Shown here: positions 37,213 to 45,548 of the stretch, in pieces
Layout: each line of letters starts with the position of its first letter
Numbering within the stretch: the first letter of the stretch is position 1
Source: Nanobdellota archaeon
Lineage (GTDB): Archaea > Nanobdellota > Nanobdellia > Woesearchaeales > JBHPFW01
Direction of reading: 5' to 3'
Length of the DNA: 64,000 bases
Assembly (NCBI GenBank): GCA_042571645.1
Contig: JBHPFW010000001.1
Location: forward strand, 25,589-89,588
The notes under the pieces: generated by a model
Seen by the model: only the letters and a program-made list of their open reading frames with translations
Told to the model about the DNA's origin: nothing
The model's database searches: none
Made by a program: the position numbers and the translations under genes

Positions 37213-40200
37213 ATGAGCTTAGATGAGAAAGTAAAAAAAGAAGGAAAATATTATGTTGGACTTGATGTAGGGTCTGATTCTGTTCATGCAATTGTATTAG
37301 ATAAAGATGGCAAAGTTGTTTTTAATCCTAAATCTTTAATGCACTTTGGAAATCCAGTTGATACAGTAAAAGAAGCTTATGAAATAATTATAGAAGAAGT
37401 AGGAAAAGAAAATATTGCTGCAACTGCTTTTACAGGTTCTGTTGGAGAAACAATAGCAAGAAACACTAGCACATCTTTTTATTACGATACAATTTCTATT
37501 CCAGCAGGTGTAGAAGTTATTGCGCCAGAAGCTGAATACATAATTCATATCGGTTCAAAAGATCCGTATTTTTTTGAAAGAGAAAGATTAAAAACACAAC
37601 AAATTTCATCTGAAGCAGATATGCCTTCATCTTTTGTATCAGATAGTCAAACTGGCACAAAATGTGGTGGCGGTTCTGGAATTCTAATTAATAAACAGGT
37701 AAGAAGATTTTTTGGAAAAGAACACCCAATTAATATAGAAGTTTCAGCTTCTGAAGAAAACAGACAGGAAACACAAAAAGAAAATAGGGACAGATTACAA
37801 GCACAAGTAGAGAAAATACATGAAACTGCTTTAAATGCAATAACTAGTTCTGAAAAAGACATTGATGTCGGGGGGAGATGTGGTGTTGTAATACACTCCG
37901 ATATGATTCATCTTCAGAATTCAGGGGAAGGAATTCCCGATATATTAAGGGGGATGTATGAAAGGATTGTTAGTAATTATGTTACTGATGTTATAAGGAC
38001 AAGAAAACTTGATGGAACTAAAAATGCAATTGTAAGTGGCGGTGTTTTTCTAAATAATTATGTGTTTGATTCTATTGAAAGACAACTAGATATTAATATA
38101 AAACGGCCAGATAATTTTGAGAAAATAGGTGCAGCAGGAGCTGCACTAAATGCATTAAGAGAAAACATACAAACAAAACTTAACTTTGATAGTTTAGAGA
38201 ATGTTATTGAAGCTCAAAAAGCAGAAATAAGATTTGCTGATCCGATATCATCTGCATTGCATAGAGTCCATGATTATTCAGATGAACCAATACTCGAAGA
38301 AACAGAAAATGGATTAATAATTTACAAAACTCTTGATGCTAGCCAAAAAAAATCTGTTGTTATTGGAATGGATGGCGGTTCAACAACCACTAAAGCTTTA
38401 ATTGCAGACGCGGATAATCTTGATATACTTGCAGAGATCTGTTTGGATACAAATGGCAAGCCTTTAGAAACCGCCCAAGAAGTTTTCAGAGAAATAAGAG
38501 AGTATATTGGAGACAGAATAAACATAAAGGGGATTGCTTATACTGGAAGTTCAGGAGCATTCTATAATAGATTATTTACTGACAATACTAAAAACCCCGA
38601 GCTTGCTAGTACTGATATGACAGTAGATGAAATAACTTGTCATGCTCGCGGTGTCAAGCATTATAACTCCCAGGTCGATACAATATTTGAATGTGGCGGC
38701 CAAGATGCTAAGTATACAAGATTTAATGCAGATGGAACAGTAAGTAAAGCAAAAATGAACCTTAGCTGCATGGCTGGCACAGGACAATCAATGAAAAACA
38801 TACTCGATATGGTCGGGCTTGATTTCAAAACATTTGAAGAACTTGCATTAAAAGCAGAAAGAACTCCCATTACAGATGAAACTTGTGCTATTTTTACAGA
38901 AGCTGGAATTCTAAAGTTGGTTGCATTAGGTCTTCCAAGAGAAGAGATTGCGGCTGCAATTGCTTATGGATTTATGGGTGGTTATGCAAACAAATTTGTT
39001 GGTAATGAAACATTTGGAGAATATGCATCTGCACAAGGAGGGCCGTTTAAGAGTAAGGCAAATTTAGCTGCTTTAGCTTTGCATACAGAAACAGAGGTTC
39101 ATGCATTTCCTCACAGACAATTATTTGGAGCTTTCGGTGCTGCAATTTCAGTTTATAACGAGATAGAAGCAATGGAAGCAAAAGGTATTGAGTTCAGATC
39201 CAAGTTTAAAGGATTGGATATAGCTGATATGTATTTTGAGAAAAAAACTGAAAGTTGTAGTGATATGCTTGAAGAAAACAGTTGTGGTAAAAAAGATTGT
39301 AGTTTAGGAACATATACCCTTGGTGAAGACACAATATTTTCAGGAGGCGCATGCCCAAAAGGAAATACTGATACAGTTACAAAAAAGGCACCAAATTATA
39401 CTGAAATTTATAAGAGATTACTTGATAAAGAATTAAAAAAAATCGGAGTTAAATCAATAGATGATATATTAGATGGTGATGGAAAAGTTATTGAATCAGG
39501 TAAACCAAGAATATTTATCCCGAGAAGTTTGACATTCTTGAATGAAAAAGGAGTATTTTATGCAAAATTATATTCTTCTTTAGGCTTTGATGTGGTTGTT
39601 TCTCCTGAATCAAATGATGAAATAGCAAATTTAGGAATAACTAATTCCCATACAGAATCATGCTATCCTGCAAAACTAGCAAATGGTCATGCAACTTTTC
39701 TTTCTAAATATTTAAGAGAAGAAAAAGATGGAAAAGCAAAAGACAAGCTATTACTTGTTAATGCAATTAGTGTTGGAGAAGAAAAAAGGAAATTCTGTCC
39801 TTATGTTGCCGCATCAGGATTTGTTGCTAAAGGAGCCTTAAATCTTTCTGATGATGAAGTCTTACTTCCAGTACTGCATTTTGATGATCCAAATTATAAG
39901 ATAGATGATGCTATCTATAAAGACATAGCAAGAGCATTTGGTAAAGAAAAATTCAGAAAAGAAGATATTGCAAGTGCTGTAAATATTGCTGAACAGGAAC
40001 AAAATGAATTCTTAGATGGAATTTATACTAAAGGAGAGAGATTTATAGAAGCTATAAAGAAAAGAGGGGAGAAAATCTTTTTAGGAGTTGGGAGAGGTTA
40101 TACTGTTTTGGATAATAAAGCAAATTCAAATGTTCATGATTTGTTTGCATCTTATGGTATGCATTTTATTCCTGCATTCTTTTTGAGAACTCCTGATGTA

Positions 40201-41802
40201 GATCTTGATAAGATAGCACTAAATATGTATTGGTTCCAGGGACAAAATATGATAAAACAGGAAGTGGGTGTTACTCAAGATAAAGATATATACGCAGTAA
40301 GACTAACAAACTTTAACTGCGGCACAGATGGTATGTTACTATATCACGAAGGAAGAATAATGGATGTAGCAGAAATGCCCTTTTTGATTCTGCAAACAGA
40401 TGGCCATAATAGTAATGCTCAATTTGGAACAAGGATACAAGCTCATAGAGAGGTTGTAAAAACTCATACTCCTAGAGAGGTGCATATAGATGAGCTCCTG
40501 ATTGAAAAACCAGAAGCAAAAGATCTTGACAATAGGACTATAGGCGTCCCTAGTATGGGAGATGAGAATGCAAACTTACTAGTGGCTGTTCTAAAATCAC
40601 TTGGATATAAAGCAGAAGCTATTCCTTCAGGAACTGAAGCTGCAAGTCATTGCGCAAAAAAAGTCTTAACAACAAACAATTGTCAGCCATTTACTTTTGT
40701 AACAGGAGAAACTCTTTCATGGATTAATAATATGGAAGAACTAGGTTATGATCCAAATAAAGATTTAGCTATACTTTTACCTGATGCAATGGGCCCGTGC
40801 AGATTTGGGCAGTATAGTGTCATTATGAGAATGTTTTATGATCAAGCTGGATTTAAAGAACTCCCTGTTCTTTCTCCTTCTGCTCAGAATGATTATGCAG
40901 ACATGCCTATACCAAAAAAACAAATACGTCTTATGACAAAAACATTCTATAAATCCCTTATAGCTTATGATATATTGCATAATACTCTGCTTAGAACTAG
41001 GCCTTATGAAACAAAGTCTGGCCAGACAGATCATGTTTATAACGCATTACAAGAAAGATTTTTAGAAATCGTGGAGAAGGGGTGTAATACAAAACAACTT
41101 CAGAGATTCATGCAGGAAGCCAGTGATAAATTTCAATCAATTCCAATAACAGATGATGAAAGAAAGCCAAGAGTGGATATGCTGGGAGAGATTTTTGTGA
41201 GATGCCAACCAAAATCAAATCAATATTCTGTAAGAACATTAGAAGAAAATGGTTTAGAAGTTTATACTCCTTCAGTAGCTGAGTGGGTTGATTATATAAA
41301 TCGGAATTCTATAAGAAAATTCTGGAAGGATAAAAGATATGGTGAAATGGTTAAATCAATTATTAAAGGGGCTTATGGTCATCATATAAGAAGAAAATTA
41401 GTCAAACCATTTGAAAACTATTTAGATGGCAGAATAGCTCATAATCCTCTTGAACTCATAGATGAGTGTCAAGAACGTTTGATATATCATCAAGCAATTG
41501 AAGGAGAATCACCTATATCAATAGCAGAAGCCTATCACTTTATGACAGGAAATTCAAATGGAGATGTTCCAATATGTGGAATCTATGAAGTTGGACCATT
41601 TGGTTGTATGCAGGAAACAGTAGCAGCTGCTATGATTCAATCATTGATCCATAAAACAAGAAGGTCTGAAGATCACCCAGGAAAAAGGGTTATCCCTTAT
41701 ATGCATGCAGTATTTGGAGATTCTGAATCATCTAATCTACATCCAGAGATTGCTGCTTTTGCAAAAAGCTGCGATGCAAGAAAAAAACTAACTAAGAGTT
41801 GA
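37213..41802 (+). CDS. Giant fusion: two BadF/BadG/BcrA/BcrD(HgdC)-type ATPase modules plus DUF2229 (CoA-enzyme-activase domain) plus HgdB/D-component-like domain
   Basis: Module 1: YYVGLDVGSDSVHA, TKCGGGSG. Module 2: VVIGMDGGSTTTKALIA, ITCHARGV, FECGGQDAKY, CMAGTGQS, AQGGPFKS. DUF2229: IFIPRSLTFLNEKGVFY, ESCYPAKLANGHATFL. C-terminus: IGVPSMGDENANLL, NNCQPF, GPCRFGQY. Stops TGA TAA. The ATG at 37213 has GAGGT upstream. Confidence 0.85.
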   Translation: MSLDEKVKKEGKYYVGLDVGSDSVHAIVLDKDGKVVFNPKSLMHFGNPVDTVKEAYEIIIEEVGKENIAATAFTGSVGETIARNTSTSFYYDTISIPAGVEVIAPEAEYIIHIGSKDPYFFERERLKTQQISSEADMPSSFVSDSQTGTKCGGGSGILINKQVRRFFGKEHPINIEVSASEENRQETQKENRDRLQAQVEKIHETALNAITSSEKDIDVGGRCGVVIHSDMIHLQNSGEGIPDILRGMYERIVSNYVTDVIRTRKLDGTKNAIVSGGVFLNNYVFDSIERQLDINIKRPDNFEKIGAAGAALNALRENIQTKLNFDSLENVIEAQKAEIRFADPISSALHRVHDYSDEPILEETENGLIIYKTLDASQKKSVVIGMDGGSTTTKALIADADNLDILAEICLDTNGKPLETAQEVFREIREYIGDRINIKGIAYTGSSGAFYNRLFTDNTKNPELASTDMTVDEITCHARGVKHYNSQVDTIFECGGQDAKYTRFNADGTVSKAKMNLSCMAGTGQSMKNILDMVGLDFKTFEELALKAERTPITDETCAIFTEAGILKLVALGLPREEIAAAIAYGFMGGYANKFVGNETFGEYASAQGGPFKSKANLAALALHTETEVHAFPHRQLFGAFGAAISVYNEIEAMEAKGIEFRSKFKGLDIADMYFEKKTESCSDMLEENSCGKKDCSLGTYTLGEDTIFSGGACPKGNTDTVTKKAPNYTEIYKRLLDKELKKIGVKSIDDILDGDGKVIESGKPRIFIPRSLTFLNEKGVFYAKLYSSLGFDVVVSPESNDEIANLGITNSHTESCYPAKLANGHATFLSKYLREEKDGKAKDKLLLVNAISVGEEKRKFCPYVAASGFVAKGALNLSDDEVLLPVLHFDDPNYKIDDAIYKDIARAFGKEKFRKEDIASAVNIAEQEQNEFLDGIYTKGERFIEAIKKRGEKIFLGVGRGYTVLDNKANSNVHDLFASYGMHFIPAFFLRTPDVDLDKIALNMYWFQGQNMIKQEVGVTQDKDIYAVRLTNFNCGTDGMLLYHEGRIMDVAEMPFLILQTDGHNSNAQFGTRIQAHREVVKTHTPREVHIDELLIEKPEAKDLDNRTIGVPSMGDENANLLVAVLKSLGYKAEAIPSGTEAASHCAKKVLTTNNCQPFTFVTGETLSWINNMEELGYDPNKDLAILLPDAMGPCRFGQYSVIMRMFYDQAGFKELPVLSPSAQNDYADMPIPKKQIRLMTKTFYKSLIAYDILHNTLLRTRPYETKSGQTDHVYNALQERFLEIVEKGCNTKQLQRFMQEASDKFQSIPITDDERKPRVDMLGEIFVRCQPKSNQYSVRTLEENGLEVYTPSVAEWVDYINRNSIRKFWKDKRYGEMVKSIIKGAYGHHIRRKLVKPFENYLDGRIAHNPLELIDECQERLIYHQAIEGESPISIAEAYHFMTGNSNGDVPICGIYEVGPFGCMQETVAAAMIQSLIHKTRRSEDHPGKRVIPYMHAVFGDSESSNLHPEIAAFAKSCDARKKLTKS

Positions 41803-41806
41803 TAAC

Positions 41807-41903
41807 AAACCCACTGGACACAATTTTCGCAAAAAGCGAAAATGTGCATTTTCAGCTGTGCTGAAAATTGCATTTACGGTACAAGAGTATTTAAATCAAT
41901 TCT
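41807..41903 (+). promoter_or_regulatory. Copy 1 of the promoter-like repeat, interrupted by a 51-nt palindromic insert
   Basis: AAACCCACTGGAC[51-nt insert]ATTTACGGTACAAGAGTATTTAAATCAATTCT, against the uninterrupted copy 2. Confidence 0.55.
41821..41871. repeat. 51-nt insert with 8-bp terminal inverted repeats and two internal hairpins
   Basis: Termini CAATTTTC...GAAAATTG. Hairpins ATTTTCGC-AAAAA-GCGAAAAT and GCATTTTCAGC-TGT-GCTGAAAATTGC. Lies about 20 nt after the stop of the giant gene. Confidence 0.55.
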
Positions 41904-41971
41904 GGCTTACGACTAATATGAAACCCTCGTAAATAAAATAATTTAGGCAGCTAGCACCAAGATCTAATCCT

Positions 41972-42016
41972 AAACCCACTGGACATTTACGGTGCAAGAG
42001 TATTTAAACCAATTCT
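41972..42016 (+). promoter_or_regulatory. Copy 2 of the promoter-like repeat; likely promoter of the DUF4186 gene
   Basis: AAACCCACTGGACATTTACGGTGCAAGAGTATTTAAACCAATTCT. The TATA-like TATTTAAA centre is about 30 nt upstream of the ATG at 42035, which suggests a leaderless or near-leaderless mRNA. Confidence 0.55.
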
Positions 42017-42034
42017 AACTACCCTTTATTCACA

Positions 42035-42481
42035 ATGTGGACTCAATTAATGCATCATGACAATCTGGCTAAGACAAAAACAAGCCATTTCAGGAGAAAA
42101 TTCCATCTTAATGAAGCAGAAAAGAAGTATATTGCAGATAAAGGCTTAGACCACCTGAGAAAACAGGCAGAATTTGTGATCTCTACAAAAATACTTCATC
42201 CTCTAGCTAATGATGGATATCAAACACCTTATTATGGACATCCAATATTCAAAGCTCAGCATGCAACTGCAACTTGCTGTAGAAATTGCATTAGAAAATG
42301 GTGGAGATTCCCCTCAAATAGATCTTTAAACAAAACAGAGTTTAGTTTTATTGTAAATTTAATAATGAAATGGGTGAAAAAAGAAATGGAAAAGTATGAA
42401 GACTCCTCAAAAACAAAGCAACAAAGAATTACAACCTTGTCGGATTATCACACAGAGGAACAAAGAAAAGCAACTACATAA
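42035..42481 (+). CDS. DUF4186-family protein
   Basis: NDGYQTPYYGHPIFKAQHATATCCRNCIRKWW matches the remembered DUF4186 core (DGkQTP..GHPvF.AQHATAtCCR.Cl.KWH). Confidence 0.7.
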   Translation: MWTQLMHHDNLAKTKTSHFRRKFHLNEAEKKYIADKGLDHLRKQAEFVISTKILHPLANDGYQTPYYGHPIFKAQHATATCCRNCIRKWWRFPSNRSLNKTEFSFIVNLIMKWVKKEMEKYEDSSKTKQQRITTLSDYHTEEQRKATT

Positions 42482-42486
42482 ATTAA

Positions 42487-43380
42487 CTAATCCTTATTTA
42501 TCAAGTCTTTAACAACTGATATTATAAACATCCTTGAAATACTAATAAATGGCATTAGAAGAAGGGTACCTGTAATATACATAGTTATTGAGTGAATCAT
42601 AAACAACAATATCATAAACTGATTAATAACAACAAAACCCAAAAAAATAATTAAATAAACCGGCACTAATATTTTAGCATTCTTAAAACCCAAAACAAAA
42701 CTATTCTTAAAAGATTGCCATACTGATTTTTTGTTTGAAATTAAAGAATAACTCAAAGGCATAAGATAAATCAGCAGCAGAAAAACTAAAAAAGTAACTA
42801 CACCAAAGACTGTTATTCCTGAAACACCAAACTTCTTGCCCATTCTCGTCTGAAAAGCAACAAGTATGCTTAAGAAATGATAGACTGCAACAGGTACTAA
42901 CCAAAAAAGATTAACCAAGAAAAATTTCTTCACATAATCAAAAAGTCCTATTCTATTTTTTTTCTCCTGGCAAAAATTAAGGCAGAACCTCCAACTTATG
43001 CCCTGAAAAAAAGAATATATCACTAACACAACCAAGCCAAGCAACAAATAGCTAAAGATTATGTTTTTAATATAAATTCCTGAAAATTCATTTAAAGTGA
43101 ATACATCCAATAAACCAGAATTGCTTCCGAGAGCTTTGCCAAATTGTTCTGAATTCTGCATTGCAACTATTCCAAGCTGTTGGATATTTTCTACAATTTT
43201 TGCAAATATGTTTGCTGTGAAAAATCCAAAAAGCAATAAGAAGAAAATATCAAAGAAAACCGGTAAAGCAAGAGAGAATTTAACTTTTTTTAGCAAACAG
43301 AATAAATCAATAACCTGAATATAAATAGCGTGCTTCTTGATCCTGTCCTTTACATTTCTTATTTTTGAGGATTTCTTCAT
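42487..43380 (-). CDS. Polytopic membrane protein, unknown family
   Basis: 297 aa, about 6 hydrophobic helices, basic N-terminus, CLNFC pair after TM2. Confidence 0.6.
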   Translation of the reverse strand: MKKSSKIRNVKDRIKKHAIYIQVIDLFCLLKKVKFSLALPVFFDIFFLLLFGFFTANIFAKIVENIQQLGIVAMQNSEQFGKALGSNSGLLDVFTLNEFSGIYIKNIIFSYLLLGLVVLVIYSFFQGISWRFCLNFCQEKKNRIGLFDYVKKFFLVNLFWLVPVAVYHFLSILVAFQTRMGKKFGVSGITVFGVVTFLVFLLLIYLMPLSYSLISNKKSVWQSFKNSFVLGFKNAKILVPVYLIIFLGFVVINQFMILLFMIHSITMYITGTLLLMPFISISRMFIISVVKDLINKD

Positions 43381-43415
43381 CTTTTCTCGAATATAAAAAT
43401 ATGCCTTAATTTGCT

Positions 43416-44108
43416 TTAATTCAAAAACTCTTGTTCTATTAATGAACGTATTGCTTCTAAATTAGCTCCTGGAATTGGTTTTCCATTAACCATAAATGTT
43501 GGTGTTCCCTGAACACCTCTGGAAATACCTTCATTTAAATCTGCCAGAACAATATCCTTTTTTTCTCTTGAATCAAGGCATTTGTCAAACTGTTGTCTAT
43601 CCAACCCTACAGAGTCTGCATATCTCTTCAAATTGTTTCTGCTAAGATCATATTGGTTCGCAAACAGCATGTCATGCATCTCCCAGAATTTTGCTTGATC
43701 TCTGGCGCATTCAGTTGCCTCTGCTGCCAATTGAGCATCAGGATGCATTTGCGATAAAGGGAAATGCTTGAAAACAACATTTATATCGTCACCATAAATT
43801 TGAAGAAGCTGTTTTACAATAGCATGGCCATTCTTACAAAAAGGACATTGAAAATCAGAGAACTCTTCAACTAGCACACTTGCATCAGGATTAGTCCCTC
43901 TTTCTAAAGCTCCTTCTCCACTGACCAAAGAATCATAATCCGCAGTCGGCATAGTTGGTAACTTTATTTCCTGCTTAGGTGTTGGGAAAATTTTATCAAT
44001 ATTAACCATTACAATTCCCAAAAGCACTATTAGCACCAAAGCACCAGCTGCAAAGATTCTGTCTTTAGTGACAAATTTCTTTGTAGAAACCCCTTTTTTC
44101 TTTTTCAT
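43416..44108 (-). CDS. Membrane-anchored DsbA-like thiol:disulfide oxidoreductase
   Basis: N-terminal TM (IFAAGALVLIVLLGIVMV), CPFC active site (FSDFQCPFCKNGH), GTPTFMVNGK cis-Pro loop region. Confidence 0.8.
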   Translation of the reverse strand: MKKKKGVSTKKFVTKDRIFAAGALVLIVLLGIVMVNIDKIFPTPKQEIKLPTMPTADYDSLVSGEGALERGTNPDASVLVEEFSDFQCPFCKNGHAIVKQLLQIYGDDINVVFKHFPLSQMHPDAQLAAEATECARDQAKFWEMHDMLFANQYDLSRNNLKRYADSVGLDRQQFDKCLDSREKKDIVLADLNEGISRGVQGTPTFMVNGKPIPGANLEAIRSLIEQEFLN

Positions 44109-44146
44109 TTTTGATTAAGTAAAAAGTTAAAAAAAAAATTAAAAAA

Positions 44147-45232
44147 TTAAGCTCCGCAGGCTGCAGCAATGTCTGTATCTCCTGAACTGCCGAGACCAAA
44201 TCCTGGTGAAGGACTAGCTGAAGGAACTTCTTCATTGCATTCTTCTGGCTGTTCATTGAAACTATTGCAGATTCCTGCTAAATAACTTGATGGAGATCTT
44301 CCTGCATTAGACTGAACACCATTAATGATCAATGATGGAGATCCTTGTACCCCGTACTTATCATTCAAATCCTTATGTACATTAAACTGAGGGTATCTTC
44401 CTCCAGACCATGTGGATTTGTCTCCGAAAAGCTCTGTAACCTTAAATTCCTCATCAGTTGCTTTTACACAGGCCTGTAGTTTATCTTCATCAATGCCAAC
44501 TTTTTCTCTACAAGCAATTGACTCTTCATCCGTGCCTGAAGTTCCTGACAAGAAGCAGAATAAGAAGTCATTATACTTTTCAGGTTGTTCTTCCTGAACA
44601 CAGTAATGCACTAACTGCTCATCTAATTCTCTTTTTCCATGCATTGCATAATCAACAAACTTGATGCTGAAATCGATCTTATCACCTAAAAGTTTTGCTA
44701 CGGGCAACATTCCTTTTTCTGCCTGAGTACCAAATGGACAGTGTGTCATCACAAACAGCTCAACTACTGGTTTGTCTGATTTTGGGACATCTGCTGGAGC
44801 TTGCTGAGCTTCTGCAGGTTGTTCTGGTGGCTCAACTGGCTCATTCAAATCTATTCCTTGAGGAAATAAGAATTTGCCGTCTTTTGTTATATATGATGTG
44901 AATGTCTGACCATTAACCTCAAGTTCTGCTTTATACAATTCTCCTTCCTCTGTAATACTTTTAATTGAAGCAGAATTACCTGGCTGCAACAAATTTGTGT
45001 TGACATAATCAACTACTTTATTCTTTGCATCTTCAGAAGATAATTCTTTTTCTGTTAATGAAGAAAAACCATCTGTAAATATTGATACTGCAAGCAAGAT
45101 TACTGCGATAATCGCAATAATTGCCCATGAATGAGCAGAAATGCCATGACACCCCTTTTTAGGTTTCTTATGGCTGTGTTCAGCATGCTTATGATGTTCT
45201 TTACTATGCGATGTGTGTTCGTGTTTTGTCAA
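44147..45232 (-). CDS. Membrane-anchored DsbA/thioredoxin-fold protein with His-rich cytoplasmic tail and single-Cys CPFG site
   Basis: TKHEHTSHSKEHHKHAEHSHKK tail, TM (WAIIAIIAVILLAVSIF), FVMTHCPFGTQAE, GSPSLIINGV. TTG start with GGGGGTG SD-like upstream. Confidence 0.65.
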   Translation of the reverse strand: MTKHEHTSHSKEHHKHAEHSHKKPKKGCHGISAHSWAIIAIIAVILLAVSIFTDGFSSLTEKELSSEDAKNKVVDYVNTNLLQPGNSASIKSITEEGELYKAELEVNGQTFTSYITKDGKFLFPQGIDLNEPVEPPEQPAEAQQAPADVPKSDKPVVELFVMTHCPFGTQAEKGMLPVAKLLGDKIDFSIKFVDYAMHGKRELDEQLVHYCVQEEQPEKYNDFLFCFLSGTSGTDEESIACREKVGIDEDKLQACVKATDEEFKVTELFGDKSTWSGGRYPQFNVHKDLNDKYGVQGSPSLIINGVQSNAGRSPSSYLAGICNSFNEQPEECNEEVPSASPSPGFGLGSSGDTDIAAACGA

Positions 45233-45336
45233 TTAATACACCCCCTGTTTATTTATAATTAAGTTAATAGATCACCTAAAAGGCGTTGCTTTTTAAATAT
45301 TACGGATTTCAGAAATGAAATTCCCTTAAGAATAAC

Positions 45337-45455
45337 AAAAACTCGCTGCTCGGAGCTATCCACTTGCTAAAGCCAGTGTTTTACGCTCCTCGCTTTATCA
45401 CGAGTTTTTGGAATTAAAAAGGGCGCACTAAAGAGCGAGGTTTTAAACACTGAGC
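45337..45455 (+). promoter_or_regulatory. GC-enriched structured element in the gdhA upstream region (candidate leader or small RNA)
   Basis: AAAAACTCG (45337-45345) pairs with CGAGTTTTT (45401-45409). CAGTGTTT (45374-45381) pairs with AAACACTG (45445-45452). CCTCGCT can pair with either GGAGC upstream or AGCGAGG downstream, so the helices are mutually exclusive. TTTAAATA lies at about 45292. Confidence 0.3.
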
Positions 45456-45548
45456 CATTTTTAATAATATTAACAATAAACTATTTAAATAAAACCCTAA
45501 AAATATCCTCTAAAACACTCAAATTAGCAAATAAGGGGGCGTGGCGAA

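Noticed and set aside
41917-41931. Mini-ORF ATGAAACCCTCGTAA after repeat copy 1
   Set aside because: It encodes four codons only, with no SD and no support. It is probably incidental sequence between the duplicated promoter copies.
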